DNA of 6,943 nucleotides from a virus (Duplodnaviria; Heunggongvirae; Uroviricota; Caudoviricetes): IMG/VR virus record IMGVR_UViG_2657245112_000001; one strand, 5' to 3'. Shown piece by piece: positions 6,220 to 6,943 of this stretch (position 1 is its first letter; each line of letters starts with the position of its first letter). The notes under the pieces were generated by a model. It saw only the letters and a program-made list of their open reading frames with translations, ran no database searches and was not told where the DNA came from. The position numbers and the translations under genes were made by a program.

Positions 6220-6279
6220 AGAAGATTTCCAATAATCAGAACAAGTCGGCTCCTGTTTAGTTACGAGCGACATTGCTCC

Positions 6280-6307
6280 GTGTATTCACTCGTTGGAATG
6301 AATACAC
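6280..6307. promoter_or_regulatory. Inverted repeat GTGTATTCA-N10-TGAATACAC in the divergent intergenic region; candidate operator or protein-binding site
   Basis: Perfect 9-bp arms at 6280-6288 and 6299-6307 with a 10-bp spacer. No adjacent U-tract, so not an obvious terminator. A TTGGAA (6293-6298) inside the spacer could be a -35 element; this is speculative. Confidence 0.3.
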
Positions 6308-6367
6308 AGTGCAGTGTTTATTCGTATGCCTGTCTTTTAACCACATCAGGCTCGGTGGTTCTCGTGT

Positions 6368-6419
6368 ACCCCTACAGCGAGAAATCGGATAAACTCTATT
6401 CACCCCTACAGAGAGAATG
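6368..6419 (+). repeat. Two direct repeats ACCCCTACAG-N-GAGAA upstream of the plus-strand membrane-protein gene
   Basis: ACCCCTACAGCGAGAAAT at 6368-6385 and ACCCCTACAGAGAGAATG at 6402-6419: 10 bp identical, 15 of 16 matching, spaced 34 bp apart. The second copy ends 2 nt before the GGAG of the downstream gene. Confidence 0.4.
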
Positions 6420-6433
6420 ATGGAGATTCACCG

Positions 6434-6739
6434 ATGAGTAACTGGTGGCAGGAACTATTACGTTTCTTCCTGCGTGGTCTTACGCTACAACAGTTAATTC
6501 ATATGCTTATTATTTTAATTGCCTTGATAATAATCACCCCAGCATCAATTAAAGAGTGGGTAGATATAAGGAACCCCGAAATACTTCCAGATCACTGGAT
6601 GTATTACGCAATGCTTTTGTGTATCAGTTATGTTCTGAACAGGGGGATGGAGTTTATATTTCTGGCATCTTCAGACAGATATAAAAAATATCTCAGTAAG
6701 AGAGATGAGGCTAAAGTAATTGTGGAGACTGAGCGCTGA
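6434..6739 (+). CDS. Small predicted membrane protein, 101 aa; divergent AT-rich gene, candidate superinfection-exclusion (SieB-like position) or other moron function
   Basis: Track ORF 6434..6739. GGAG sits 8 nt upstream of the ATG. Hydrophobic stretches LIHMLIILIALIIITPA and WMYYAMLLCISYVL. Visibly lower GC and many ATA/AGA/AGG/TTA/CTA codons compared with the flanking genes. It is the only plus-strand gene in the window. Confidence 0.65.
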   Translation: MSNWWQELLRFFLRGLTLQQLIHMLIILIALIIITPASIKEWVDIRNPEILPDHWMYYAMLLCISYVLNRGMEFIFLASSDRYKKYLSKRDEAKVIVETER

Positions 6740-6748
6740 GAGATCCCC

Positions 6749-6943
6749 TCATAATTTCCCCAAAGCGTAACCATGTGTGAATAAATTTTGAGCTAGTAGG
6801 GTTGCAGCCACGAGTAAGTCTTCCCTTGTTATTGTGTAGCCAGAATGCCGCAAAACTTCCATGCCTAAGCGAACTGTTGAGAGTACGTTTCGATTTCTGA
6901 CTGTGTTAGCCTGGAAGTGCTTGTCCCAACCTTGTTTCTGAGC
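6749..6943 (-). CDS. Partial CDS (C-terminal 64 codons; start beyond the right window edge), hypothetical
   Basis: Minus-strand frame open from the window edge to TGA at 6751-6749. Hand translation: ...AQKQGWDKHFQANTVRNRNVLSTVRLGMEVLRHSGYTITREDLLVAATLLAQNLFTHGYALGKL. Convergent with the plus-strand gene, stops 9 nt apart. Not recognisably lambda N. Confidence 0.45.
   Translation of the reverse strand, partial: AQKQGWDKHFQANTVRNRNVLSTVRLGMEVLRHSGYTITREDLLVAATLLAQNLFTHGYALGKL

Noticed and set aside
6220-6273. 31-codon minus-strand ORF starting at the ATG at 6273 and reading through the terminator hairpin
   Set aside because: SD spacing is only 2 nt and the ORF consists largely of the terminator stem-loop and U-tract.
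6740-6943. The right-edge partial gene as lambda N, and a nutL site (boxA/boxB) in the window
   Set aside because: The C-terminal peptide does not resemble the lambda N C-terminus as I recall it, and I found no boxA-like CGCTCTTA motif on the minus strand. The antiterminator and nut site, if present, lie outside the window.

Overview
This window reads as the early-left (pL-type) operon of a mosaic lambdoid prophage from an enterobacterial host, with almost all genes on the minus strand, transcribed from high to low coordinates. Working from the right edge: a partial leftward CDS (6749-6943), one divergent AT-rich membrane-protein gene on the plus strand (6434-6739), an intrinsic terminator (6191-6219), a long E/R/K/A-rich coiled-coil protein gene, lambda-type cIII and a Kil-position peptide, an Erf plus SSB recombination module, a chain of translationally coupled unknown genes, a Lar-family restriction-alleviation gene, an ASCH-like gene, and finally a lambda-type xis running off the left edge (1-157). 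Protein identities rest on my recollection of lambda Xis and CIII, P22 Erf, the SSB acidic tail and the Lar and ASCH motifs; no database search was possible. I found no rRNA, tRNA, CRISPR array or transposase. No single feature is demonstrably a new system; the candidates worth follow-up are the coupled unknown-gene cassette ending in Lar/ASCH, the amber-interrupted coiled-coil gene behind the terminator, and the AT-rich membrane-protein gene with its repeat-bearing upstream region.
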